Shown here one piece after another: positions 1-11,539 of a stretch of DNA of 64,000 bases (within the stretch, counting starts at the first letter, position 1; each line of letters begins with the position of its first letter). Under the pieces are notes generated by a model that saw nothing but the letters and a program-made list of their open reading frames with translations, did no database searches and was not told where the DNA came from. The DNA lies in NCBI GenBank assembly GCA_026026165.1, contig JAPEUD010000016.1, positions 124,001-188,000 of the forward strand, read 5' to 3'. Origin of the DNA: Sarea resinae. Lineage: Eukaryota. The position numbers and the translations under genes were made by a program.

Positions 1-1299
1 ATTAAGATCTAGACACAACCACCTACCTTACCTAAGCTTACCTAACTCTGACTACACTAAACTAAACCTAGAGAGAAACTCTCCTAATAATGATGATTGT
101 TCTTACTACTACTAGATAAGGACTACTAAATAAGGTAGGCAAACATGCTGTTCCTACATGCGCTATCCCAAAAAACAAAAAACAAAAAACAAAAAAAAGA
201 CTACTAGAACCCGCCGGCTCGTCCAGGTTATGCCTAGGTATTTGCCTGTATAGCGCAGCCGCAGCGCTCCTCACGCGATTGTTGTTTTTATTACTGTGGA
301 TCACCGCATTAGACCTAGACTACCTGATATAACAGGCCAAGACTAAGTCAACACATACAGTAAACCAGAACAGCACTCGTCGTCGATCGTCCATCACCTT
401 CTCTACTACCTAGTACCTACCTAATCAGTCCCAAACCACGACACGAATAAAAAAAAAGTGCTCCATCGATCAAAAGCATCCCACTAGCAATCCAGTAAGT
501 GATTAAATTTAACCAGATTGTCTGGCTAGAACTATGTAGATTGACCGGGTATTGTAGGAGACCAAGGAAGATAGATCGGGCGAGGGGGGTCTGGAAGCTT
601 GCGTGGTCTTCGTCGGGGAGTGCAAGGTATCTAGCCGGATTAGAGTGCACGAAGATGGGGTTAGGATAGGTCGATGGGTAGGTAGGTGGGTAGGTGAGCA
701 TAGAAGGATTGAGAAGCGTGCTATATTACATCCCCCACCACCACCACCACCACCACCATCACCATCACTAATCTCAAACACTACCATGCCAGAGAAAAGA
801 GATAACAGTTGTCGCAATACCCATGCACACCACCTCAGCCATGCCCAACGTTTCCAAACAGGAAACCGCATATATGCGAATCAGACAGAGACAAAAAGGA
901 CACGAAATGCGACAAACAAAAGTCCTGCCAACCTAGAGGGAAAAATGACCTAAACGCCGGGATATCAAAGTCGAGATGCCACGCGACAATCGAGTGGGCG
1001 GTTGGTGGTGATACCGGGGAAATTGAAGGGAATGGCGAGAGGAGATGGGATATTATGCAAAAGGGGTATCGAAAAATCAGAGGGTCGTGAGCTCGTATTG
1101 GCAAGCATCCGTCGAGAGTAGTCTTTTTCCATGATCATTCAGAGGCGTTGTTGGGTGTCGTTATCGTCTTTGTTGAGGTTCATTTCCCATCTCACTTCAT
1201 CCCATTCCGCCCACCCATAGTCATCTCCTCGGTTTTCCTTGTTTTCCTTCTGCCATCTTCCCTTCTCCACCTCGGATGTACTGTTCATGGTATTCTCTT

Positions 1300-3600
1300 T
1301 CATGCGACACCCACCTCCCTGACCAATTCCCCATTCTCGACCAGCCCAGCTCCTACAATCCTCTCGTCTGGCGGCGGACCGAATTCGACATACCGCAACC
1401 AAGCACCGACCCTGTTCCTGCCACCTCCACTGCCTGGCACGGAACTGTTCAAGCCTGCTAACAGCGACGCGCGTCGTCTGCCGCGTCGGCGTTCGACTGC
1501 CTCAAATGGACGGTGCAATGCGGCTTCGGCGGCGTAGTCCATGCTCGTACGTGCTGGGATGACGCGATCCGCGGGGCGTGTGGAGGGCGAAGAGTTGTAG
1601 CGGCGGGAATGTGAGGTGTGGCGGCGGAGAGGTGGTGGAAGTGGGGGATGAGCGAGCTCGTCGGGTGCAGCTGGAGGAGGAAGAGGGAGTGCTCGACGCC
1701 CTTCAGGGACGTAGTCGGCGTTCATGTGATGGTCCATGGTGTTGCCGACGCCCCATGTGTCATCGTAGCTAGCGTCGAGGAGCTCCGTACGACGATCATC
1801 ATCATCACCATCTAGACCAAGCACTTGAAGACGGCGCGCGTACGCTTCGTCCTCGAGTTCCTGGCGGCGACGATGGTCGAGCTCGTCTTGGTAAGCGGGA
1901 GGTTCGCGACGGAAGAGAATATTGACGGCGCGGGGGATGTTCATGTGGTTGAGGCGGTCGCCCGGGTTGGGTTCGACGTCGTTGTTGTAGTTGAACCAGG
2001 GACAGTCGCAGCTTTTCCACTTGGAGCCGCAAATCATGCAGAATTGGGCAGTGCACCGACTACGATAGTATGAGCTTCCAGATAGAAAAAAACGGGATAA
2101 GGATGCTTACCATGTCATGTGATTGCAGCCTTCCTTCAATTCAACCATGGCTCGGCAGTTGTAACATCGCTGCCAGCCTTCGGTCTTTGCAATCTCAACA
2201 ATCCTTTTCGTCTCTTCATCATTCGGACACTCCCTCGACCGATGCCACTTTCCATTGCACGAGCAGCAGACCTTGGTCTTGCAGCGACTGCACTTGCCGC
2301 ATTTCCTTCCCCCAGCCTCCACATGTATATTCGCTGGCTTGATCCATTCTCCGCAGCCTTTATTGGGACAGTATATACGGTTTTTGGTAGTGTATTCTTG
2401 GTATTTTTTATTCCACAAGATCTTGAATTTATCGTTGAAGAGCCTCTCGACGTGCTTCAGAGGAATATGGTCTTGCGTGCAGCAGCGTGGTGGCATGTGC
2501 TGTGGATCATGGACCGACATGGTGAAGACTCGTTTGAGGCAGCCGTGGCACATTCGATGACCGCATGCCAGTCTCGCCGACTTGGATATTGGAATATCGT
2601 CGGAGAGGCAGATGGAGCATTCGACCCTAGCACCATTAGCTTCCTTCCAGATAGATCTGATTGCGGTGTGGCTCACAATTTTGGAGGGCTAGTATGAGTT
2701 GGTCCGAAGAGCATAGCGAATAAGCCAGTGCTCTGTCTACGAGCTCGAGGACCATCCCGGGCCGCAACCGAACTGGGCCTTGTTGTCGGTGCTCGAGCGT
2801 GTGTTGTCGTATTACTTCTTCGTAGAGGTGGCCGAGCTTGAGCTGCCGCTGGTTCCCGTAATGAAGTGCTCCTGTATGAACCTCATCAGCAAAGGCATCT
2901 CGTTGACCGATCAGAATGCAATTGACCTGGGTAGTTGTGGGTTGGATTGTTGCCTTGGGTGATCTTCTGAGTGTCTCGGGCGTGATCTTGTCTCCGTCCT
3001 GCTCAAGTCCTCTTCTACGGCCTCTCCAGAGACGCGCATGGTTTGGCCCGAGGTGGCATTTCGACGAGATGGTTTTGAAGGTGTCGAGCTCTTCCGTGTG
3101 CTCGACGAGACCTTGGACCGGCTGATAGTCGTCTGCGAGGCTCCCACCGCTCCCACCGCTCCCACAGCTCCTCCATGACCAACATCGTCAGGCGGGCTGA
3201 CGGTTCTGTACACATATGCTGCCTCGTCCCGCGTTGCCGTCTCCTGCGCATCCCCACCATGATGATGGTGATGATGATGGTGATGTCTGTGTCTGGAGCT
3301 CCTGTGACTGCCTTTGCCCTCCCTCTTCGACCTGACCAGTGACCGCGACTCGCTGATATACGGCATGCTCGAATTCGCGTTCGAGGTGGTCTTGGTCGTG
3401 GTCTTGGTCCGTTCCTGGGGAGTCTTGCTGTAGAACTCGGCTCTCAAGTTCCGTAATTGTTCTACATTCGGAGCATCTTGAACCAACGAGGTCTCTGGGC
3501 CCTTGGCCGTCACGCCTTGGGCCGGCCTTGCCTTCTGTTGACGACGAATGGTCCGCCGTTTGTCCGCGACAAAGAGAGAGCCGGGGTGGGCAATCGCCAT
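1300..3600 (-). CDS. RBR-type (RING1-IBR-RING2) E3 ubiquitin ligase with low-complexity N-terminus; 4 exons
   Basis: RING1 ECSICLSD...ACGHRMCHGC, IBR RIYCPNKGC...CSRCKTKVCCSCNGKWH, RING2 WQRCYNCRAMVELKEGCNHMTCRCTAQFCMIC after splicing. Inferred introns at 2872-2926, 2627-2676 and 2060-2110 restore a continuous frame. Start is ATG 3600 or 3366 (uncertain). Confidence 0.88.
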
Positions 3601-4504
3601 GAGGTGAGGAAGAACAGCAATGATCAAACTAGGGCCGGTATGCTAATATGGATGGGCAGAGGGTGCAGGGTCTATCTAGGGTGCCGGGCCAAGTCCAAGC
3701 CAAGCCAAGCCAGGCCAGGCCAAGCCAAGCTCTCGTGGTGGTCTGGGTAGTTTACTCTAGTGCATATTTGCTGTCGGGCGTCTCAGATGCAGCGAGTTGA
3801 GTGCTGAGTGCTGAGTGCTTCGTGCATCTCAGTGGAGGTGGAGAGGAATAGGGTGGGAGGGGACAGTAGAGGAACAGTACGGGAGTCCGACTTGTCTACC
3901 TTACTGTTGCCAATCAGGCGGTGTCGATTCTGCCATCAGCCCGACTTCACCAGCTGATGTGTCGCTCTGCCGTCGGTGGAGGGTGGATTGGATTGGATGG
4001 GATTGGACTTGGGCCGAAGGCTTGCAGACACTTGCATGCAGTAGTCGCAGCGGTAGCAGTAACACCGAAGAGGAGAGAGAGCAGAGGGGCGGAGAGGAGA
4101 GGAGAGCATCAGAGGAGATGCTGCAGCGGACACGCCCAGTTAGATTGCATCGAAGGAGACAAATTGCACGAGAAGGGAGACCATGTCGAACCATGTCCGG
4201 CATGACCTCACATCGAAGTCTGTTATGGCAGTGTCTCCATCCCGATCGAGAAGAATGAGGGAGGCTGGGGATGGGCATCGGGATAGGGGCAGTATCAGAC
4301 GAGCCGCTCGCTTCGACATGCCCAGCACATCAATGAACATCAATGATACACTCAGTACTGCATACGGCGTAGTAGCAGTCATCGTCCAGACGCGTGCTCG
4401 GGTAGTGGTCCCTACGTAGTATGTAGTAGACGCGTCCTGTCTCCTGTCAGATGGAATCATCATGAGGATCATGAGGACTCCCACCAGCTCACAATCCTCA
4501 CAAC

Positions 4505-5961
4505 ATGAGGAGACGGATGCACGTCCTCACAGACAGCGAAGAAGACCGTCAACACCAACACCAACACCAAGCGTCCCAACAGAACGATCAAGGCATCGAG
4601 CTCCGGCCATGCATCGCCGAGCTCATTCGCACCGAGTACTGCGGCTCACCGCTGCTCCTCCGGGTCGAGAGGATCACCACTGTCGTCGCTAGAACAGGCG
4701 GTGTGGGTCGAGAGGCCTATCGTCTGTGGCTGACCGACGGCCCCAAATGCATCCAAGGCACGTCCGAGAGCATCACGACCCATCTCTCCTACCGTATCTA
4801 ACGACTGTCCCTTTTTGCCAGCTATCCTCAAAAGCGAAATGCACCGTTTCATCCTCACCGAGGAGACCAAGGAGGGCAGCTACATCCAGCTAGACGAATA
4901 CATGCTGAAGAGAGCCCAGAGGGTCAGGGGCCCGGGATCCGTAGCGTGAGAGGCATGACCTACGGGAGATCGCCTACCACTAAGACTAATCGTCGACTCT
5001 GCCGCAGACACCTGGCCATCTCGAACTTTCGCACCATCGGCCAAAGTCACGATAGGATCCGCAATTGCCAAGAGGAATCGTCCAGAACAAATCACCGAGA
5101 CACGATCCTGGCTCACCAAGGACAATTATCTAAGATCAGCCACAAGAGCGCCGAACCCGTGCAATCGCAGACGAATACAAGCCACAAAGGAGCATTACAA
5201 GTCCTGGAAGAATCGCAGTCGAATAAAATCCCCAGTCAGCATCCTCCGTCCACAAAGACAACAGCACTAGCCACATCCACAAAGACAGGAGCACCAGCCA
5301 CCTCCCACCTCCCTTGCCCCCGCCCGCCAAAAAGCGCAAAGTCTCGCCTCCCACTGCCTCCATCGCCTCCACCGCCTCCGCCCCGCCCACCCCCTACCCA
5401 CCCCTCTACACTCTCCACGCCATCCTCACCCACGCCCAGCGCCAAAACCTCCGCCTCTCCCTGCTGGCCTTAATAACCTCTGTCTTGCCCTTCTCGCCCG
5501 GCCTTACTTCCACGTCCACACCCCACCACACCAAAACGCCCGGTCAGAAACGCGTCCTCCGTGTCCTTGACACGACGAGCCCGCGTCCGATCCTGCTGAG
5601 CGTATTCGTATCCCCGTCGACCTTCGAGCCAGAACCAGGCACCGTGGCGCTCTTCCGAGGGCTTCGAAACCATCGCTTCGAGGGATGCAGTCTGAATGCC
5701 TACCGCGGCGATTGCGAGGGCCGGGCGTGGTATGTGCCGTTTCCCGAGATCGAGACCAAAAGTGTCATGGCGGGGATAGTGGCCGACGAGGAAGTGGAAG
5801 AGATGGGAGAGAAGGTGCAGAGGTTGAGGCGGCTGTGGCACGAGATGCTGGAGAAGCGCCAATTGGAGGAGCGGCTGGCAGATGAGGCTCTGGAACGGGA
5901 GCAAGAGCGGGGAGCGGGACTTGTGGATCTGTCCAAGTGTAACAAGACAGAGGCCGGATGA
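4505..5961 (+). CDS. Putative ssDNA-binding protein with an RPA1-N-like OB fold and a second C-terminal OB fold; frame break in the linker
   Basis: The spliced N-domain reads AYRLWLTDGPKCIQAILKSEMHRFILTEETKEGSYIQLDEY...HLAISNFRTI, an RPA70N-like pattern. Introns are 4758-4821 (GC-AG) and 4946-5007. The C-domain reads LSLLALITSV...KRVLRVLDTT...ILLSVF...PGTVALFRGLRNHRFEGCSLNAY and is preceded by an NLS-like PAKKRKV. The two domains are in different frames. Confidence 0.6.
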
Positions 5962-6625
5962 GAGAAACTCGGAAGCCCTAAACCGATAGCATGTCTCGTC
6001 GACGCAATAGTCACGAGGGCCACGACACCAGCTCCGCTATTCCCGCCCAGCAGTGCAGCGATGAAGGCGCACCATTGTCCGGTGGTACAACCGCACATAC
6101 AACACAGAGGCACCGACATGCGTGCTCTCCCTCGCTCTATACCTCCTCACTTCACCTTCCATTTCGATCGGCAATGATGAGTAAAGAAGGGGAGCAAGCA
6201 GTCAAGCAGGCAAGCAGCCAATAAAAACAGCCAGGAAGCACAAACCAACACGAGAAGCGAAGACATGAAAAACGAAGCCGGTGCGAGAACCGACGATAGA
6301 ATCTCTATGGGAGAGGAGAGGGGAAAGCGTGCTAGCGCTCCCACAAAACGGAGTGGTTAGAAGACCCTCATCGACTTGGGGCCTGAACCCGAGACGGAGG
6401 GCAGGAAATAGCAAAGGAGCTACAGATGGAAGTGAATCCAGAGCCGGAGCCAAAGCCAGAGCCGGAGCCAGAGAAAGATAGAAGTAGAAATAGAACCAGA
6501 AATAGAACCAGAAATTTGGAAGACGGTCACCGACTCCGAAACCCGCCTCACAAACAAATGGTACCAAGAATGATCTTGATTCATCCAAACTTCGATACTT
6601 CTATACTTTTAGACTTCTATGGTAT

Positions 6626-8440
6626 TCAAAAGATTTCCACCAGCTGTTCGTCCTCATCCTCTTCCTCTTCCTTTTGCTCTTCCTTTACTTCCCTCTCCGC
6701 CTCCCGCGTCGGCTCTCCCGCGTCTTCCGCCGCCCGGGAAGCCCTATTGGCATCCTCGTACGCCTTCCGCCTCGACCGCTCCAGCGCCTTCGCCTTCTCC
6801 GCCTTGGCCCTCTCGGCTTCGAGATCAACGACCGTTTTCTCGGGCTGCTCCTTGCCGTCGCCGACCCAGCCGCCACCAATACTGACGCCGGCACCGGCAC
6901 CACCGGCATTACCATCAGCACCGCTCTTGCTCGCCTGCGCCGCCGCCACGACGGCGGGATCGAGCGGCTTTTCCTCGCCCTCCTCGTCGCGCATCAGGAC
7001 CTGCACGAGCCGATCGCAAGCCTCCCTGACAGCCTCGTCCTCGACGCCGAGATGGGTCTCGCGCACGATAGGGTAGACGCGGATGTCGCGCAGGAGATCG
7101 CGGCCCTCGCGCGTCGTGGTCAGGAGCATCAGGGTCTCGAGATGCGTGGTCAGGATGGCGGGGTCCGGGTCGCGTTTCTTGTCCGGGGGCAGCAGCTGCA
7201 GGTCCGGCAGCATGGCGTCGACGTCGTCTTCCGGGTAGTCTTCTGGGCCCGTGATCGGGAGCAGGATGTAGGGGAGGAGGTTGGCGCCGGAGTTGGGCGA
7301 GCTGGAGAGCAGGGTCGGGTGCGAGGGGATGGCGAAGGCGACGTTTTTCAGGGTCGAGGCGACGCCGGCGCGCCGGATCGTCGAGGCGTGCTCCGTGAAG
7401 GGCGTCAGTTTCGTGATGGGCAGGATGTTGGAGTCGTAGGGCTGTGGCGTCGTGAAGTAGGATTGTCCTTCTGGGTGCTGCGTTGTTCAAAGATGTTAGC
7501 TAGGGGTCCCATACGGTAAGGGAATGTTGAGAGGGCTTGAAAGAGGCTTGAAGGGGGAATCAAAACGGGCGCATTACTTTTGCCATGTCGGCGAAGAAGT
7601 ACGAGAGATAATCGTAATCGGCGTGTTTATTGTAGCTGCCTTCGGCGCCCTTGACGAAGCAGTCCATTAGTTGGTCCATGGCCTTGTCCGAGGTCGACAG
7701 GCCTTTCGGCACTGCACGTGTGAGGGTAAATATGCGTCTCATGTCGTCTGATTTGGCCATGTTGGCCAGCAGCATGGCGATTTCATTGGCGTTTGGTTCC
7801 GAGGCGCTCTGTTACGCAAACAGGTCAGTCGTGCGGACTCTCTTTTGAGACGTCATCAGGAAAGGGAGCAGAATGTGTGTATTGAGATTTCTGAGGGCGC
7901 AACAGAGCTGACTGACGGGACGGGGGAAGGGCCGGACGTACGGTTATTCGGAGGAGCAACGACTCGAGGAATGTGTTGTCTGTGGCCAGACATTGTAGGA
8001 CCTCGCGGTCGTCTGCGAGGTTGATGAGGGCAGTGAGGGCGTTTTTGGAGATGGGCTGTGCGCGTAGAGGAGGGGCTTATCAGCACGGAAGGTCATTGAA
8101 CGGGTGTTGGGCAGGTTTGCGCGCACAGTGTAGTCTTTCACGAGCAGCTTCAGATCTCTGATCGGAAGTAATTGGTCCCTCTTGAATAGTGATGGCTGCG
8201 ACGTAGTATATGGCAAGACATTCTCGGCCGCTGTATTAGAGCGCGCTGGTCAGCCATCATCTTCTCCTTGATGCGCGGCGTGGGCGCGTTGTGGAAAATC
8301 CAAATGGCTTACCAAGCTGTCGGATCTGTGTGTTTCCATGGTGAAGAAACTCCACGAGCTACAATGATGAGATTATTTAGTGCCTGGTCATCGGTGAGAT
8401 ACTACAGACGCTTTCGTACCTCTTCAAGCTCTGTCGGCAT
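6626..8440 (-). CDS. HGH1: HGH1 (DUF383/DUF384 ARM-like eEF2 chaperone); 6 exons
   Basis: Starts MPTELEELVEFLHHGNTQIRQL. Contains DQLMDCFVKG...NKHADYDYLSYFFAD, IRRAGVASTLKNVAF and LPDLQLLPPDKKRDPD...VYPIVRETHL, with an acidic C-terminus. Introns at 8359-8419, 8231-8312, 8056-8126, 7809-7941 and 7478-7577. Confidence 0.93.
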
Positions 8441-8632
8441 CGTGTTGGAAGTGGTTGTCGTTGTCAGTCGCTGTGGGACTCCAAGTTCTATCTCTGCCCG
8501 TTGGCGTTTCGTTTGCTCTGTTTGTCGCAATCAGATCTCGAACTTTTTCTGGCGGGGTGCGAGGTGGCGGGCGGGGTCGGGAAAACGTTTCGCCAGTCCC
8601 GTTGCGCACGGCACTGTGAACATCAATCACTT

Positions 8633-8641
8633 AAGCCACTT
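8633..8641. repeat. Left target-site duplication AAGCCACTT
   Basis: Identical to 14227-14235 and immediately outside the TIR. Confidence 0.9.
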
Positions 8642-9207
8642 TTACCTCAGCATGCTCAGACCTCCTTTCGTGGCGCCGGGCGTTACCCGGCGCTATTATG
8701 GCATGACTAAGCATGCCCAAATAGGCAACCCACGAAAAGAAGGTCTGAGGCAACTCTTCTGAAAATTTGCAGAACAAGCTAATAATAAATCTGCATTATA
8801 AACATATTTATTAGTATATATCTGCAACTATATCTGTAGCTAGGCTTATAATCTAATTATCTCTAGAGAATATATAAGGCTATCTATTACTATTATCTAT
8901 AGTGTCTAAGGTGTAGTTGTTCCTAAGATCTTATACTTTAAAGTAAAAAGAGCATTGTTACTAATAAGTAAAGTAGTAATATTAGAACAACACCTGCACT
9001 ATATCTGCTATAACAGCTTAAGTGTATAGAGGTAGAGTATAAGACATAATATAGCGCGGTTATATTAAGTCTTATACACTATAATCGCCTTGTTTAATAC
9101 CTAGAAAGAGATGTAATAACTGCAGCAAATATATTTACTAATAGCTAAAAACATCTATAAAGTAAGCCTTATTATAAGCAAAGGCAATAGCATATAGTAA
9201 CCTTAAG

Positions 9208-10239
9208 ATAAATAACAAGCAGCAGATATAAGACCTATAGAACAGACTCTAAGCGCTATATAATACAGATAAAGGAGAATAGCTTCTAGCAATTAACACA
9301 CTTATCTATATAATATATCTATATAGTAAGAGACTAGAGCAGCTAGAGGCACTTTATTAGCTAATATATAAGAAGAAAGATCTCTTTCTAATTGTAAAAA
9401 CCTTGTTTAGTAAGAGTATAATTATGCAGTTAATTCTATACCTTGTTTATAGGGCTATTATTCTTATTATTCTTTTGCTAAATAAGATTAGCAATAAGCA
9501 GACTATATAGATAAAGAAACTTATAGGTATAAAGCCTGTTTATATAATAAGTAATAATAATAACTACTAGTTGCTTAAGGATATCTGTAATAGCAATTAT
9601 ACACATATCCTAATATTGCTAGAACTTATAGTTAGCTTAAAACTAGAGCAGATATAGAAAGACATATAATTATAAGAGCAGATAGCCCTTATAGTATTAG
9701 ATAAAGTTTATCTAGTCTTAGACTAGTCCTTCTTTTATAAGTGTTATACTAGTCTAAATATATTGTATAGATTACTAAGAAATAAGCCCTAGTTTGCTTA
9801 CACTACAACACTAGATAATAACACCTTTATAGAGGTATACTAGCTTACTAGCTTTAACTAAGATATTAGAATAATCTGTATATTAATTAATTAACCTAAG
9901 TTAGCTATTATCTATAAACCTATATCTTATAGTAAGAAGACGTTATTTAACTATCTATATTTTGTTATTAATAGCTTAACCTATAACAATACAGATATAG
10001 CTCTATTAGTAGCAGTTAAGTTAGAGGCTCTATCTATAGCAAGTAGGTTAGAGGCCTTAGTGTTAGCCACGCTAGGCCTAGAATCTAAGAGGCCTACTTT
10101 GTAGCAGATTAAGAAGACAGCGATCTTTATAAGCAGTAAGTAGCAGCTAAAAGAGGCCTGCAATAAAGTCTGTAGATAGCTGCAGAACTATAGATATTTA
10201 GCGTAGTTAGCAATACATATAGTCTAAGTGTATCACGCT
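9208..10239 (+). pseudogene. RIP-degenerate RecQ-like SF2 helicase of the transposon (motifs I-IV), truncated at the nested MITE
   Basis: The frame reads KDLFLIVKTLFSKS (reverts to LIAKTSFGKS, motif I, ~9379-9417) and ALIVLDKVYLVLD*SFFY (DEVH...W..FR, motif II, ~9700). It continues with P*FAYTTTL (WFACTATL, motif III, ~9800), then KTAIF and VYHA just before 10240. The differences are C>T/G>A changes. Confidence 0.85.
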
Positions 10240-10698
10240 TAGGGTGTCTACTTAGGTACCTACTAGGCGGGTAGAGGGGTACGTACCCGCCCACCCGTGG
10301 GTAGCAGGTACCTATAGCAGTATGTACCCGCCTGATAGGACCTGATAGGTGGGCTTAGGTACCTATCATGTGACTTTTTCATAGGTACGTACCTATTATG
10401 TAATCACAAGAAAGGTACGTACCTAGTCATGCTGGGGGTACGTACCTATTCTATGTACCTAAGTATATTATTACCTATAAAATGTTACCTCTATGTGTTA
10501 CCCTACGCGAAGATTTTTGCTTATCTTATCTGATAAGCGGATAATCTGATAAGATCTACCCGCAGAAACCCAATAGGTAGGCTGTAGGCTCTACAGCTGA
10601 TTGAGCCTGCCTAAACCTAACCCGATTATGTAATCAGGCAGGCTAACCTGCCTAAACCTTAATTTAGGCTAAGTACCTAAACCTAAGTAGACAGCCTA
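10240..10698. mobile_element. Nested non-autonomous TIR element (MITE, hAT-like termini)
   Basis: 18-bp TIRs TAGGGTGTCTACTTAGGT (10240-10257) and ACCTAAGTAGACAGCCTA (10681-10698), 17/18 complementary. The interior has repeated GGTACGTACC and GCCTAAACC motifs and no ORF. No TSD is recoverable. Confidence 0.8.
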
Positions 10699-11539
10699 TA
10701 TATATCTAGTAGGAGCTAACACATTGTACAGTTACAGAAGATAAAGGATCTAGCTAAGCTTAAAGATATTAAAGTAGAAGAGGCAGCTATTAGCTCTCTA
10801 CTTACTACTGTATTATTGCCTGCTACCCTTGTTTGTAATAGACTCTACACCTAGCGCGTTGCGTTATCTGCCTGCGCTTCTTATAAGTTAGCTGCTATTA
10901 TTAATAAATATATCTATAACCTTCTTTAGCTATATAATGCTATTTTATCTGCCTCTACTAAAGTAAGAAATATAAATATCGCTAGTATAGTAGAAGATAT
11001 AGTAGAGTTGCAATTAGAGGTGACTTTGTTAAGAGCAGACATTATAAGGCTATCTAGAGATATCTTAGAAATTCTAAATTACATTTACTAATAGTAGTTT
11101 AGCTAGGTTAAGTAATAGCAATAGTTATATAGTTAAGAGTAATTATAATAAGAGTGTTTATAGATACAATAGATATTGTTAGTTGTGTTTGTAGTTGTTT
11201 AGTTAAATGAAATTTTAATAATAATATAATAACTTAGATAATCTAACATAATATCTGCTTATAAGAGCGATATAGTAGGCATTATATTAGGATATCTACT
11301 AAATAAGTTAAGTATCTAATACCTAGAACAGTCTTCTGCATTAGAATTATAAATGTAAAGCTATAGATATACACTTATATTAAGGCCTACTAACACCTCT
11401 ATAACTTATTAGTCTATATTGTTATTATTTGCCTTATCTAGATCTATATATCTGCTACTTAATATAGGTAGTCCTTTTTAAGCTAGCTATATAACACCTA
11501 ATTGCAATAATCCTAGTGCTATATAAGCAGATCTTTTGT

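Noticed and set aside
1..560. RIP-like TA-rich sequence at the window start as a transposon relic
   Set aside because: The composition is suggestive, but no termini or protein relic could be read and the window edge truncates it.
6426..7519. Long plus-strand ORFs (216 and 281 aa) and similar antisense ORFs over FAS1, FAS2, TFG1 and SFH5
   Set aside because: These are shadow ORFs produced by GC-rich codon usage on the real coding strand.
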